Shown: in pieces, positions 12,407 through 24,592 of the stretch
Layout of the letters: each line of letters starts with the position of its first letter
Position numbering within the stretch: the first letter of the stretch is position 1
Assembly: GCF_018977255.1 (NCBI RefSeq)
Contig: NW_024704742.1
Coordinates: 88,538,001 to 88,602,000 of the forward strand
From: Callorhinchus milii
Taxonomy: Eukaryota
DNA: 64,000 nt
Reading direction: 5' to 3'
Position numbers and translations under genes: made by a program
Notes under the pieces: generated by a model
Seen by the model: only the letters and a program-made list of their open reading frames with translations
What the model was told of the DNA's origin: nothing
The model's database searches: none

Positions 12407-12800
12407 TTGTATCATCGTCATCTCTGAGTCAGAAAGGTTGTGGTTCAAGCCCCAGGTTGAAACTTTGAAGTCATATTGTCTAAGATGAGGTTCTAATGGA
12501 GTGTGATACATTGCTAGAGCTGCCGTCCTTCAGATGAGACGTTAAACAGAGGCTATGCTTGCCTGTTCAGGTGGACATTATTGGACCAATTGGACCAATT
12601 GCAGGGATTATTACTCATAGTTAATCCAAAACAATTCCTAGGATGGGTAGAGCACATTCTTTACCTGTTCTTTTAATGTCCACCTGGAATTTACAATAAT
12701 ACTCACCTTGCCTCAAAATAAAATAAAAATGGTGGCACTGCAAGACTGAGAGCACTATTATTAATAATAATAATATTTAAGTTATTATTTTGTTTCCCAG

Positions 12801-12923
12801 ATTAGCCATTCATGCGATCGTTGTCCTCCCCGGAATCTACTTTATCATCGTGAGGAAAAACCCTTTCATCTTCATCGGAGGAATGGCCGAGGCATTGCTG
12901 ACAGCTCTTATGATTTCATCCAG
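12801..12923 (+). CDS. SLC1A1: SLC1A1 exon 9
   Basis: ttcccag|...|gtaatg; 123 nt; [22 protein letters not shown]...[11 protein letters not shown] (HP1 serine motif). Confidence 0.95.
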
Positions 12924-13334
12924 GTAATGGGACACCTTTCTTACTGGAGCTGATCCTTTTCAATGCAAACATTCAACAAACAAAATAAGTTAGAAGCCCT
13001 CCTGGAGACCTGACCAGACCACACCAGAGATCAGGAGGTTAGAATTCATTTTCTGCCTAAATTCAAAACATACAAATATTATTAATCCACTGCCGATCTA
13101 TACCTCATTCATAGAAACAATTGATCCCACCCCCAACCCTACCAGAACAATGCTATATATATAAGCACAAACATTATTTTTAGTGGACATTCAATAGACC
13201 TAATAAGGCATCAATCAGAGGTGATGCTCCCTATGGCTTCAAGCTTATCTTAGACTGGCAAGGTATGCTGATCAAATAAACACATTATTAACTTAAAGAA
13301 TCAGGAGCACATACCTTTTGGTTATGTAACATCT

Positions 13335-13742
13335 GTCAGGATGACTCAGTTGGCAATCTTTTAACAGCTGAGTCAGAAGATTGTGCATTCAAGTTCTGCG
13401 TTGGGACACAGAACTCACAGTTTAGGCTGAGACTCCTGTGCTTTGCTGGCTGTTGGAGATGCCGTCCTTCAGGTGAAACGTTAAATATGGACCTGTTCAG
13501 TTGGACATTAAAAGATCCCATGGCACTATTCGAAAAGAGAAAGTTTCGATTAGAGTTGTGGCCAGATAAAATTTCTTCACTGTTGTATGTAGGACTTTGC
13601 TATATGCAAATTGGCTGTCGTGTTCACATACAAAATATACAGTCACTACACTTTACAGTAAATTCTGTGAAGCGCTTTGAGATGTGTTCCCGACATGAAA
13701 GATGCCATATCAATTGCAAGGATTATTATTGTTATTATTATA
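13335..13742 (+). mobile_element. SINE family B (tRNA head, Deu-like central domain, L2-like tail)
   Basis: GCCGTCCTTCAG.TGA.ACGTTAAA..GATCCCATGGCACTATT..GGCCA resembles the DeuSINE core; other copies ~2490-2840(-), 7600-8010(+), 11125-11468(+), 33088-33372(+), 34121-34425(-), 49480-49770(-), 54535-54955(-). Confidence 0.8.
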
Positions 13743-13774
13743 TCAGCACATTAAAAAGGTGTGATCGTTCACAG

Positions 13775-13969
13775 CTCGGCAACTTTGCCGGTGTCATTCA
13801 AATGTATGGAGGAAAAAAACAAAGTGGACAAGAGGATCACCAGATTTGTGCTACCAGTGGGAGCTACAATAAACATGGATGGGACAGCTCTCTATGAAGC
13901 AGTTGCTGCCATATTTATTGCTCAGCTTAATGACTACCCTTTGAACGTGGGCCAGATAATCACTATCAG
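13775..13969 (+). CDS. SLC1A1: SLC1A1 exon 10
   Basis: tcacag|...|gtaag; 195 nt; SATLP...[28 protein letters not shown] (NMDGT motif of TM7). Confidence 0.97.
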
Positions 13970-14116
13970 GTAAGATCTACTTCTTTTACCCATTCAGTCA
14001 ATGCATTCCTGTGGGTTTATTTTATTTCTTTTTAAAATGTAATGTCTCCAATTGCNTTTTTATTTCTAATCTTCCCACTGAAATGTGTCTCTCTGCTCCT
14101 AATCTAAATTTGTCTT

Positions 14117-14199
14117 GTTGAGGTGCAGTTTTACGGGGTTGGGGTACGGTTTTACGGGGTTGGGCTGCAGTTTTACGAGGTTGGGGTGCGGTTTTATGG
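14117..14199 (+). repeat. 21-bp minisatellite, about 4 units
   Basis: GGTTGGGGTGCGGTTTTACGG-like units. Confidence 0.85.
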
Positions 14200-15813
14200 A
14201 CTCTGGCTGCCCTCTGGTACCCCATCTAAGTGAACCGTGTTCACATGTGAGCCTTGGCAGTGTCAGGAGCATGAATAGTAGAATGCCTCACAGCCAAGCC
14301 TGACCTCTTTCCACTCGGTTGCCACATACTCACACTATCAGTAGAGGGTCGTGAAGAAAGAGACTCAGATACCCTGTCTTAGGAGACTAGCAAAAATAAC
14401 ACAGGCTTCGAACCAAGCTCCTGGTATTCACTGCAACATTGGGGCTGCTTCCCTGTGGGTGTATTTTATTTTAAAGGTTGCTGTGCAGTCAGTTGTGCAA
14501 TATGGTAACATTGGGGTCAACTGAATTTGAGAGAGATGTCTGGTACAATTGGCCTCGCTCCGTTGAGCTCAACCTCAGTATGGGGGAGAGGGGTAGAGAT
14601 CCATGTCATGCACATCTATGTCCATTCAATGCGCAAATGTTGAACACAGTGCTAAATTGATTCCAATATGAAAATTAGTCATTTTAGAAACACTAAGATG
14701 TTTGCTGTAAGTTATGCATTGCACAGACTGGTTACATTTGGGTGTTAGTGAATGCTTTGCCACTTGACAGCATCATCCTAGGCTGCTCATAAATGCCACC
14801 CACCATCTGGTTGTAGAGTAGCATTCGCAAATGCCTAGGAAGAGCACTGCTTGCTGCCTCCTCCACCCTCGATGATGCATCATGCGGAGAGACTATCTGA
14901 AGGAAAAATAGAGAAAACTCAAGTGTTATTATGCTTACGCAAGCACTTAGAGCTTGTTTACCTTATACTAAATGACATTTAGTGTACCTCCATAAGGGAT
15001 CAGGTTAATGCTCACGTGGTTTAATTTATGTTACCTGAGATTGGCAGAGAGGGTGGAATATAAAGTGGCTGAGAGGGAGTGAGATCTTTTTATCTGACAG
15101 GACCATTACTTTTAAATTTCCGTCTTTGTCTTGAGCCTGGAATTCCTAGATCGTGTAAGATCAGTTTAAAATTTGAAGCTCTGGTATGAGGGTGGGAGTG
15201 GGGCGGGGAAGTGCCTGGACACTGCTACCTCTCTGTGACACAGCCAAGGTATCACAGCAGGTTTAGTGTGAAGCTTGGATTGATAAACCCCGCTAACTGG
15301 CTGTTATTAAAGTCAGCATTAACACCAGTGCTGATTGCTAATTTAAGAGATTTTGCAAATGTTATCCCAGTAAATGTCACCGCTCAGAATGCATGTCATT
15401 GCTCAGAAACACTTGTGCCCTGATGTTTCTCTCCACACCAGTACAATCCCACTGTACTGTTCACTCCCCATACTGTTCAGACCCCCATCATCAGAGAGAG
15501 TATGGGTTTGAACATATTTGCATTTTTTTCCCCTCATCCAACCTTCCTGTTTGATTTTCTCTCCTCCCTTGTTACAGGTATTTGAAAGCCTATTTTTTTG
15601 ACAGTGACTTTGACCACCTAACTCTCCTTCTTCCTTTTCTCTGATCTCTTGCTCACGGTCCAACCCCATCATTGTTCAGTTGTTCTCTCTGGTTGTTCTC
15701 CAGAAGCTGTGGTTCCTTTTGGGTTGCAGTTCTGTGCCCACTGGCAGCTGTGGGGTGTATATTATGACCGTAGTTTTCTCATTGACTCCCAAATTGTGTC
15801 TGTTTTCCCATAG

Positions 15814-15948
15814 CATCACAGCGACAGCTGCTAGCATAGGAGCAGCTGGAGTTCCTCAGGCCGGGATGGTTACCATGGTGATTGTTCTCACTGCAGTGGG
15901 ACTACCTGCCAATGATGTGACTCTGGTCATCGCAATGGACTGGGTCTT
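15814..15948 (+). CDS. SLC1A1: SLC1A1 exon 11
   Basis: ccatag|...|gtaagt; 135 nt; [32 protein letters not shown]...DW (HP2, start of TM8). Confidence 0.96.
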
Positions 15949-16381
15949 GTAAGTGTAAAGTACACTGCTGTGCAAAATTGGCCAATCCAATCTCATTTAC
16001 AATATATCCTTTGAAGCGTTTTAAGACGTCTCAATGGCTTGATAAGGCGCTATATGAAATGCAAGGATTATTATTACTATGATGATATTTAACGACTCGA
16101 ACAGGTTGCCAGAAAGATAATAGAGGGCAGGATACTGGACACATTTTATAAGCAGCTTGATGCTGCGATGGAGGGATTGTAGGGTGGGTGTTCTGAAATC
16201 AGTTAGGCCGAAGGGCCTTCTTCATCCAAACCGATCTTGTTAATATTGCTACAAAAGCAATAGACGTCAAAGTGTCTAATTAAGACTAAACGCCAGATTG
16301 TACTGTCCCTTTGCATAGATCTGAATAATACTCAAACTATAACATCCAATAATACTAAAATGGTCATATTTCCATTTTCAG

Positions 16382-16628
16382 GGATCGGTTCAGGACAATG
16401 GTGAATGTGCTTGGAGATTCCATCGGAGCTGGAATTGTGGAAAAGCTTTCCAGGAACGAGCTGCTGCAAATGGACCAGGCAAGCGGCATAGACATCATCA
16501 ATCCATTTGCCATGGAAACAACAGCATCAGAGAAGGAGGAAATGAAGAAGAAGGAAGCGTATGTCAATGGCGCATTTGACGTTGATAAATCAGACACGGT
16601 AGCAGTCACAGAAACGTCACAGTTTTAA
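16382..16628 (+). CDS. SLC1A1: SLC1A1 last coding exon (12)
   Basis: tttcag|; [12 protein letters not shown] (substrate-binding D/R/N intact); C-terminus [22 protein letters not shown] is EAAT3-type (YVNGxF sorting motif, TSQF end). Confidence 0.97.
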
Positions 16629-19600
16629 ATGTGTGGTAATAAAGGAGGTGATCATTTATGGTTATCCTACAGACTAGAGTGAATCTGATAAAGCTGAACA
16701 GCTGAACCAGCCCATAAATTCATTGCTGTCAATAATGAATAGCTTAACAATTTGTTTTGAAGTACAACATGTAATTTGCCAATGATCTAATGAACTGGCG
16801 GAATGGGCTCCTCCTGTTCCTATGTTCTGATAGACTGACCATTGAACTGCTTGGTAAACAACTGGAAATTGTTTCTTGATAAGTTGGCAGTGGCTGCACA
16901 ACTGTTTATTCTGCAGCATGCACGTCACTGCACGTCAATGAGACCAAATACCAAGGTCATGCATGACAGCCAGTCCTGGTACACAATCAGATCTCAAAAC
17001 TGTACAAAGTCCCTCATATCATTTAAACCATGCAGTAACTCAACTTGTGCACTATAAATTCACTGCAGTCCATAAACGTGTCTCTTGATTAAAATGATAC
17101 TTAGAAACTGCGAGTGTTAAGTTTATGATTCCATTTAAAGCCTCAACCAGACTGTTTTGTGATCACTCCCAGGTATCTGTTATTCCATATCTAATGCCTC
17201 AAACAGTGCAACAGCTTGCCACTCTTTAGCAGAAAATTTATATAGTATTAAATGTACTGCATACAGTGAAACCTGTCTTAAAACCTATCTATATAGAGAT
17301 CTAATTACTGTCTGTAATGACTAGTTATGAGTCTCAATGATGTATTATGGTATTCTAGGATTTTTGTACTGTCTCAAGACCTTCCTCTTTGACCGTGCCT
17401 TCGGTCATCCTCCCACCCAACACCATCCTTACCCTCCATCCCTCGTGATTCAAACCCTCAGCTCAGGTGCAAACCCTTGATTGTCCATGGCCTTGGGACA
17501 TCCTCCCAATGTGAAAGGCGCTATATAAAGGCAATTTTTTTTTGTTGTATCATATCCAAACTGATAGTGCTGGGTAGACTTAGCAAAACTCTAAGTAACT
17601 CCGACTACGCTGTAAATTGTAGGGCAACCTTCCCAAGGTGATGATCTGGCAATAGAGTAATGCCTTATCAACTGCTGTGCAAGACAAGAAGCTGAACCAG
17701 AGCCCTAGACTATTCAACTCACTTCAAGTCATTGCAAAATCATGACTCATATCACAACTGTTTTTCACTTATAGCGGTGACAGCCCGACAGATCATGTGC
17801 AAATCAGTAGTGATAGTGTCTTGAGTGTGACCAGTTTGCACAAGCAGAGCACCATGTGTGGATGTGTAAGTAACAAATGGTCTAGAATTTAGGAGAAAGC
17901 TCAAGGGCTCAATTCTGTACAACCAGACCTGGAATGACGCAAAGGAATATACTTCACACAATTGGGATTTGTATTTGCAGGTACAGTGTAATGTCGGCAT
18001 TTGAATGATTGAGCCAAGAACCTGCATTATCTAGTCAGTCTCAACTCTGTTCATTATAAATGCACTTCACTTTATGTTTCTGTCAGTTGTACAGATATTT
18101 CATAAGTTTACTTTTGATATCTTGTGTATAATGGAGACATTGCATAAACTCGACTGCACCTTATGTTGTAGCACTTTGAATCCTAATCCTTAAATCTTTC
18201 TGTAACTTCTCTCTCCATGTATCTCTCACAGAATGGTTATTTTGCATTATAATGTTGTGAGGGTCTTCTAGGAACTATCAATATGCACTGGAGAAACTGA
18301 AGCATTTTGGTCTTCCAGCAATAATGCTTACACAAAAGTTCAGGTCAGTAAAAGTGCAACTCACTGGGATAAGACACGTATATGTTGAGCAATCTTGGGA
18401 GGAAAGCTTTAAGACAATGCATTTTACTTGTAATTCAGATTATTGCAGAGCTCTGAGTTTGAACATTTTAGCAGACTGGATTCACAACCACATCCAAGGT
18501 ACTAAGATTAGGAGAATACTTATACAGTATATCCTGGTCCTGATCTCACTGACTGGGAGTTGAGTAGAGTTCTGCGCCTCCATAACTAGCTGCATGCATA
18601 TACCTCCTGACATCTGACAATAACTTTTTGAAGCTTGGATTGACCCTGCTTTGCTTTTGGCGCTTGAATAATGTTGAAATCTTGTCCTTTAAACCCTCAA
18701 ATTTCCCCCTCTCCCCCCCACCCCAAACTTTAAAGTTACCATTTTTGATCAAGGCCAAGTCAATTTGTATCACAGGGTCGGGAATCAACGTGCTGCTTAA
18801 ATCCATGCTTCGGTGTCTCAGCAGCTAGACGTCAACACAAATTGACTTTCAGAATGTTCAATCTCGACTGCTGTACACAGGGAATCCATCACAGTGTAAA
18901 CAAAGCATCATAATGTCTGGCACAGCTTCTATGAAAGAGAGGGCTGTAGGAGAGAGTAAGTCCTAGAGAAAGCAGACACTATCCAGTAATTAATTTAATT
19001 GTTAAGTTAGAGCACTCGCCTCACAAGCGAGATGACCTGGGTTCAATTCCTGGGCAGGGCAAAACCAGAAAAGTCAAGAAGCAATGCATAAATTAATTGT
19101 CCGAAACACTGATTGTCCAGTGCCTTGGGAAGTCCTCCTGACGTGAAAAGCGCTCTACAAATGTGATTTGTTTTGTTTTATTTAGAGGGCAGTGGAATAT
19201 GTAACATTTCATTATCTTATGAAACTTTGCATGTTTCCATCCATCCCTAAAGACTGGCAACCATAGGTGGGGGGTGGGGCTGGGGCTGAGTAAAATCCGT
19301 CATTGGTTGACACTCACCCAGCTCCAGTCCAGTGGGGTCCTGTTGGCTTGACTGGCAGATCCATCAGTCAATCGGAGATGAAGATACCCCAACAAACAGC
19401 CCTCTGGACTGGAAGTGGGTGGGTGCCACTGCTGAGTTGGGAGAGGAGCAAATGGGGGCTTGTGGGTGCCATGGGTTGGGGTTGCTCGGAGGACTGGCTC
19501 TGGTCCTCCTCAGGGCTTTTCCTCCCAGTTCCCCTTAAAGAGGAGACCTGTAAAGAGATTTAAGGTGGGGGCTGAGCCCCCTCCAGCAAAGTGGGGCCAC

Positions 19601-21759
19601 CAAATGAACCTGCCCGAGCCCCCACTTTGCCACAATAGTTTGAATGTTCTGAAACTTTTTTGTAAAATTTCATGGGTGTCTTGGATGGGCACAATTTTTG
19701 TTAAAGTTAAGTCAGCATCCTAATCTTGCCTACACTGAAACCCAGATTTGAGTGATCAGGAAGTTGGAGAAACTTCAAGTCCAACCATTAAACCACAGTG
19801 CTGAAATCCTGTGGGGAGTCAGGTGTTCAGTTCCACAGCCAGTCTTTAGGAAAGGATGGTAAAATGTGACACATTAAACTTGTTATGGACTCGATGGGCT
19901 GAATGGCTTCTTCTGCACTGGAAATGTCTGCGATTGTGTGTCTGTGAAACAAACCTTTCAACACGTTGATTGTTCACATTTGCTTGGTTGCTGTTGGTTA
20001 ACCTGTGATGTTCTTCACTTCTATGCTTCTTTTAATACCTTCTGCACCCCAGTGCTTCGAGACCCTACCCCATGTGAACGGCACTATCTTGATGCACAGC
20101 TTCAATTTTAATAAAGCAGAATTCAAACGCGACTGCTCTCCCCTGACAAGCTTTCAAATTTAATATATATATATAAATACAAATTGTTGTTGCTTTCAGC
20201 TGCCCACATTTCCTACAATTTACTCACCATTAGCATGCTGCTTCTTTGACCTTTCCTCTGTCTATCTTTCTTCCCTCTCCTGAAAGCAGAGACTCGTGCT
20301 GCACTCTTCAGCAAAGGTCACTAGAAAGAAATCAGGATTGGAAAACCTAGGCTGATTTAATTCCTTCCCAGCTTGATACATTTAGGCTAATTAAAGGCTT
20401 CCCATTGCTGCCGTGGCTGAGATCAGCAGACAGTCAGCATAGATTCAGTATCACACCTCAGATCATTCTATCATATATGACTTAATACCATACCTTGATG
20501 CACTGAGCCATTGGGGGAAACACTCTGTTTTTCCTAGTTTAATTGCCTGTGCCTTTACGTGCTTCCGAACAAATTTCTCCTGCATTATTTATGTCAATAT
20601 CAACACAACAGTTGCCAACACCTCGGCTGGACTTAACATTAGGGTCTAATTTAGGGTATTTCTTACACTTACAAGAGTCATTAATAAGGAAACTGAGTTG
20701 TACAAATAGGGACTCTTTCTGGTAACCCGAAGAACATACGTCAAACTATAGGGTTTCTGCTCTGTGGAATTCTTAAAAGATTCCTTAGAAAGAAATCCTT
20801 TTAAGGAATATTGCAAATGAGACCATGTTATTTCCTAAAGGGAATGGGAAGGTTCTTGGCTGCTGCCAAGATTTAGTTGAGATACTCGTACAGTTCTGCA
20901 TGTGAAAGATTGTATTAATTACAATAATGCTTGCAATTTGATGCAACACCTTTCATCAAAGATCTCAATGTGCTTCATTTGATTTTCTGTAAAGCGCAGC
21001 GACTGTGTATTTTGTAGGCGAATGTAGGTGTATTGTACATAAACTGACTGGACTTTCAAATCATCCTATTTTATTAATGGATAGCTTTAATTTTAATAAA
21101 GCAGAATTCAAATGCCACTGCTCTGCCCCTGATAAGCATTCAAATTTAATCAGGGCACATATAGATTATTGGGGAAAGTTAAAGGGTTAACCAAGGAAAT
21201 TGGAATAAAAGGTTAAGATAAATGTATAGTGAGTGTTCGGTTTGCACTTTGGGATATTTTTATGGTAGCTAGAAAAGTCATTTTGATAAAAGAAGTTATG
21301 TTGGTAGAAATAGAATATAAACATATTAATGTCGACTTGTTTAACATGTATACACAATTGATTCAGCTATATGTTTGTATGCGATGATTTACAGGAATGA
21401 ATCAAAAATATTGAACACTTGACATTTGCTGTTTTTTAAAAAACTGATTAAAAAATGTGTAAATAATCTGGGCCATTAGATTTGTAATTTAAGCGAGCAC
21501 TTCAAACTATGCTGGAAAGGGCAACTCTTGGAGCATAAAAGATACAAAACTAAGTTGCATCTGTAACAAAGTGAAAACGATTTGTATGTGGATTTCAATT
21601 CATCTTAAACTCACATTTGCTGGTTAACTGTGGAGAGAAAAGAAATGGGAATAATTTTAAAATACACAAGCATGCTTGAATATGTTGCAGAATTGAACTT
21701 GAATGTATTGTTGGGCAGGAGGAACTGAATCGTTTTATTTGTAAATCTTGCTTTTCTTG

Positions 21760-21765
21760 AATAAA
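21760..21765 (+). promoter_or_regulatory. candidate distal poly(A) signal of SLC1A1
   Basis: AATAAA after an AU-rich, repeat-free stretch and followed by GT-rich sequence; other AATAAA at 20110, 21095 and nearby. Confidence 0.35.
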
Positions 21766-22434
21766 GATCCTGACTGTATGTCTGTGGATGTACTATATCC
21801 AGTACGACTGGTTTAGTGTAAGGATCATTCGTCCGTCACTCACTGTAGACCTTGTAGTACCTGCCAATGCACGGTTAGATCTTGGAATAAAACCTTTTAT
21901 TAAAAAATGGGGACAGGGATTCCTTCCACTCAGCTCCTGTTAACCCTGCAAGCCAAAACCCAAGCGGGTAGGGTGGTCCTAGTTGGACAAGCAGTGAGAA
22001 AGTTTGCCAGACAGCAATATCAATGGTAAGCTATGCGGTTTTAGCTGGTTAGACTCCAGCAGTATCCCAAAACACACTCTGGGGTCCCTAAGCCTTGGCT
22101 CTTGACAACCTGCGCCTAATATTTTCTGGAATTGGATAAACAGGATTTGTCCCTCCAGGGAGAGTGTATTAATTACATTCTATCAATCGATCGCTGGAAT
22201 TTCCATGTGTAGGTGGGATACATGGCATTCTCAGTTTGGTTTGGATATTCTTAGCATGGTGATAGGTTCCTGCATGTGTCAGACACTCGGCTCAACCACC
22301 CTTCCTGGTTCTATTCATTAAGAGACAGAAAGAAAGAGAGAGAAAAAGAAAGATGTGCACAATATGGTACAAATAGTAGTTAAAGCAAATTTCAAGCAAC
22401 ACAAATAATTACCAAAACAAACATACCCAGAAGT

Positions 22435-22595
22435 CGCTGGGAACACTCAGCAGGTCAGGCAGCATCTATGAAGCAAGGGAAAGTGAGTCAATGTTTCGGG
22501 TCCACGACCCTTTGTCAGAACTGGGGTATATTGGGAGGGAGAGGCTTTGAAGGTCTAACAGAGAAGGGGGAGGCAGGGCAAGGAAGACAAAGGAA
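22435..22595 (-). mobile_element. Penelope-like terminal fragment
   Basis: homologous to the 9672 copy. Confidence 0.6.
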
Positions 22596-22823
22596 AATAA
22601 TTACAAATAATTACCAGCTTATCACAAGTACCACGTTTTAAACTTGGATACTTCAGGTGTTTCATTTGAGAGTACAGTGAAGCCTGTTAAAGCAACCACC
22701 TCTATTCAGCAATCACCTGTCTGATGCAAACAGTGACCCCTCGTTTTTTTTTAGCTCCATCAGTGTACAGACACCCTTTTCAGCAGCCAGTTCTAAGTGA
22801 ATTTAAGTGTATTTACCAATGCA

Positions 22824-23346
22824 TTACCAATTTTCGTGGGCCTACATGTAGACTCCTGCTAGACTCTGAACCCATCACACCCACCCTCGCCCGGCTCCAC
22901 TGGCTCTCCATCCCTCAGAGGATCGAGTTCAAAATTCCCGTCCTCACCTTCAAAGCCCTCCATGGCCTTGCCCCCTCCTATCTCTCTGATCTGCTAACCC
23001 CTTATCAATCTGTCCGCTCCCTCCGCTCAGCAGGCTCCGGCTTGCTCCATTTCCTCCCCACCCCCTCTCCCGGTCCACCCCACCATTGGCGGTCTGGACG
23101 TCAGCCTCTCTGCCCCTATCCTCTGGAACTCCTTCCCACATTCCCTTCACCTCGCTCCCTCCCTTGCCTCCTTCAGTGCACGCCTCAAGACCCTCCACTT
23201 CGACCGTGCCTTCAGCCATCCACCTACCCTCTCTGCTCTCCACCCTCCCTGATCCCAAACCTCCCCTAGGGTCCTAATCCCTGACTGTTCAGCGCCTTGG
23301 GACATCCTCCTGCCGTGAAAGGCGCTTTACAAATGTAATTTTGCAC
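22824..23346 (+). mobile_element. L2 LINE 3' fragment
   Basis: PITPTLARLHWL..RIEFK..HGLAPSYL; 16-bp direct repeat TGTATTTACCAATGCA at 22808 and 23347. Confidence 0.92.
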
Positions 23347-23564
23347 TGTATTTACCAATGCAGCGCTGATAAGCCCACATGATGCCCACAGCTGCCCAGT
23401 GAGGCAGAGTTGGTAAGTGCGCTAGGAGTCTAGAGTCTACATGTGAGCTGTGGAAATATTTGGACCATGGAAATTAAAAAAAAATCAGACCTGGTCAACA
23501 AATCAACAAACCCTTACTCACATTACCTATACATTATCCTCACATTGTCTGTATATTACCTTCA

Positions 23565-24190
23565 CACTGCTTGTGCACTACTTGCACTTTGTGCTTCTGC
23601 CCTACTCTCGCAGCCATGATGTTAATGCGGCTGGCTCGGTTAAGCTTCCTATCAGTGTTGAATCCCCAAGGATGTTGAAGGGAGTGACTTGGCCATGGTT
23701 ATGTTATTGAAGGTTGGGGAGATGGCTGAGTTCTCTTTTGTTGGAGATAGTCATTGCCTGGCACTTATTTGGTGTGAATATTATCTGCCACTTGTCGGCC
23801 CAAGTCTGGAGGTTATCCAGGAGGTTTTAGCATTATTGGACATGTTGGCAATGGAGCTGAACACTGTGGAATCATCAGTGAACAGTCCCACTCTTGGCCT
23901 TTTCGCCCACAAAATACACAGTCAATCCACTTTTATAATATATTCTGAGAAGTGCTTTGAAACGTCTCAACGACATGATAATCAAATGCACTATATCAAA
24001 TGCGAGTATTATTATTATTATAATGATGGAGAGAAGATAATTGATGACGTGGCTTAAGGTTTGGGCCAGGGAACTGCTCCGAGGAACTCTTACACTGAAA
24101 TCTTGGATGCTGATGATTGCCCTCTGCCAGCCACAACCATCTTGGGCTTTTCCTCTGAATCTCATTGATCTCCATTTTGCTGGGCTCCTC
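23565..24190 (-). mobile_element. old non-LTR retrotransposon RT fragment interrupted by a SINE tail (~23900-24020)
   Basis: minus strand decayed GVPQGS-like (~24080) and VGLFTDD (~23880) motifs. Confidence 0.6.
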
Positions 24191-24592
24191 GATACCTTGC
24201 TTGTAAATCACGTACATATGTTGTTGGGGGGAAAAGACTGCAAGCGCTAAGCAACTTGCAGCTTTGGCTTGATGATGATCTATTCAGTTGCTCTGGAGAC
24301 AAACGCGAGTATTGTTTCATGCCTTTCCTCAGGGTGACCGGCCTGTGGTGAATAACATTACCATTTGATCAATGCTTTTGGAATTCCAAAGCTTTTATCA
24401 GAAGGCGTACCTGCAGATTATGATCTGATTGTTCCTGAGCACCACTTGTTTTATTTTCCTATTTATCAGGCATTGTCTAGACTTGATTTTTCTTGGATTT
24501 TCCCTAGGAAACATAGAGGTTGTTATAAATAACATCAGCAAAGAATTATAACAAAACGTTCCATCTGACAAACTAAAGTACCTCATTAACCT

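Noticed and set aside
14056..14056. single N base
   Set aside because: Assembly ambiguity, not a feature.
22674..22725. TACAGTGAA(G/A)CCTGT motif (also ~17261) resembling a DNA-transposon terminus
   Set aside because: No matching second terminus found, so it cannot be supported as an element.
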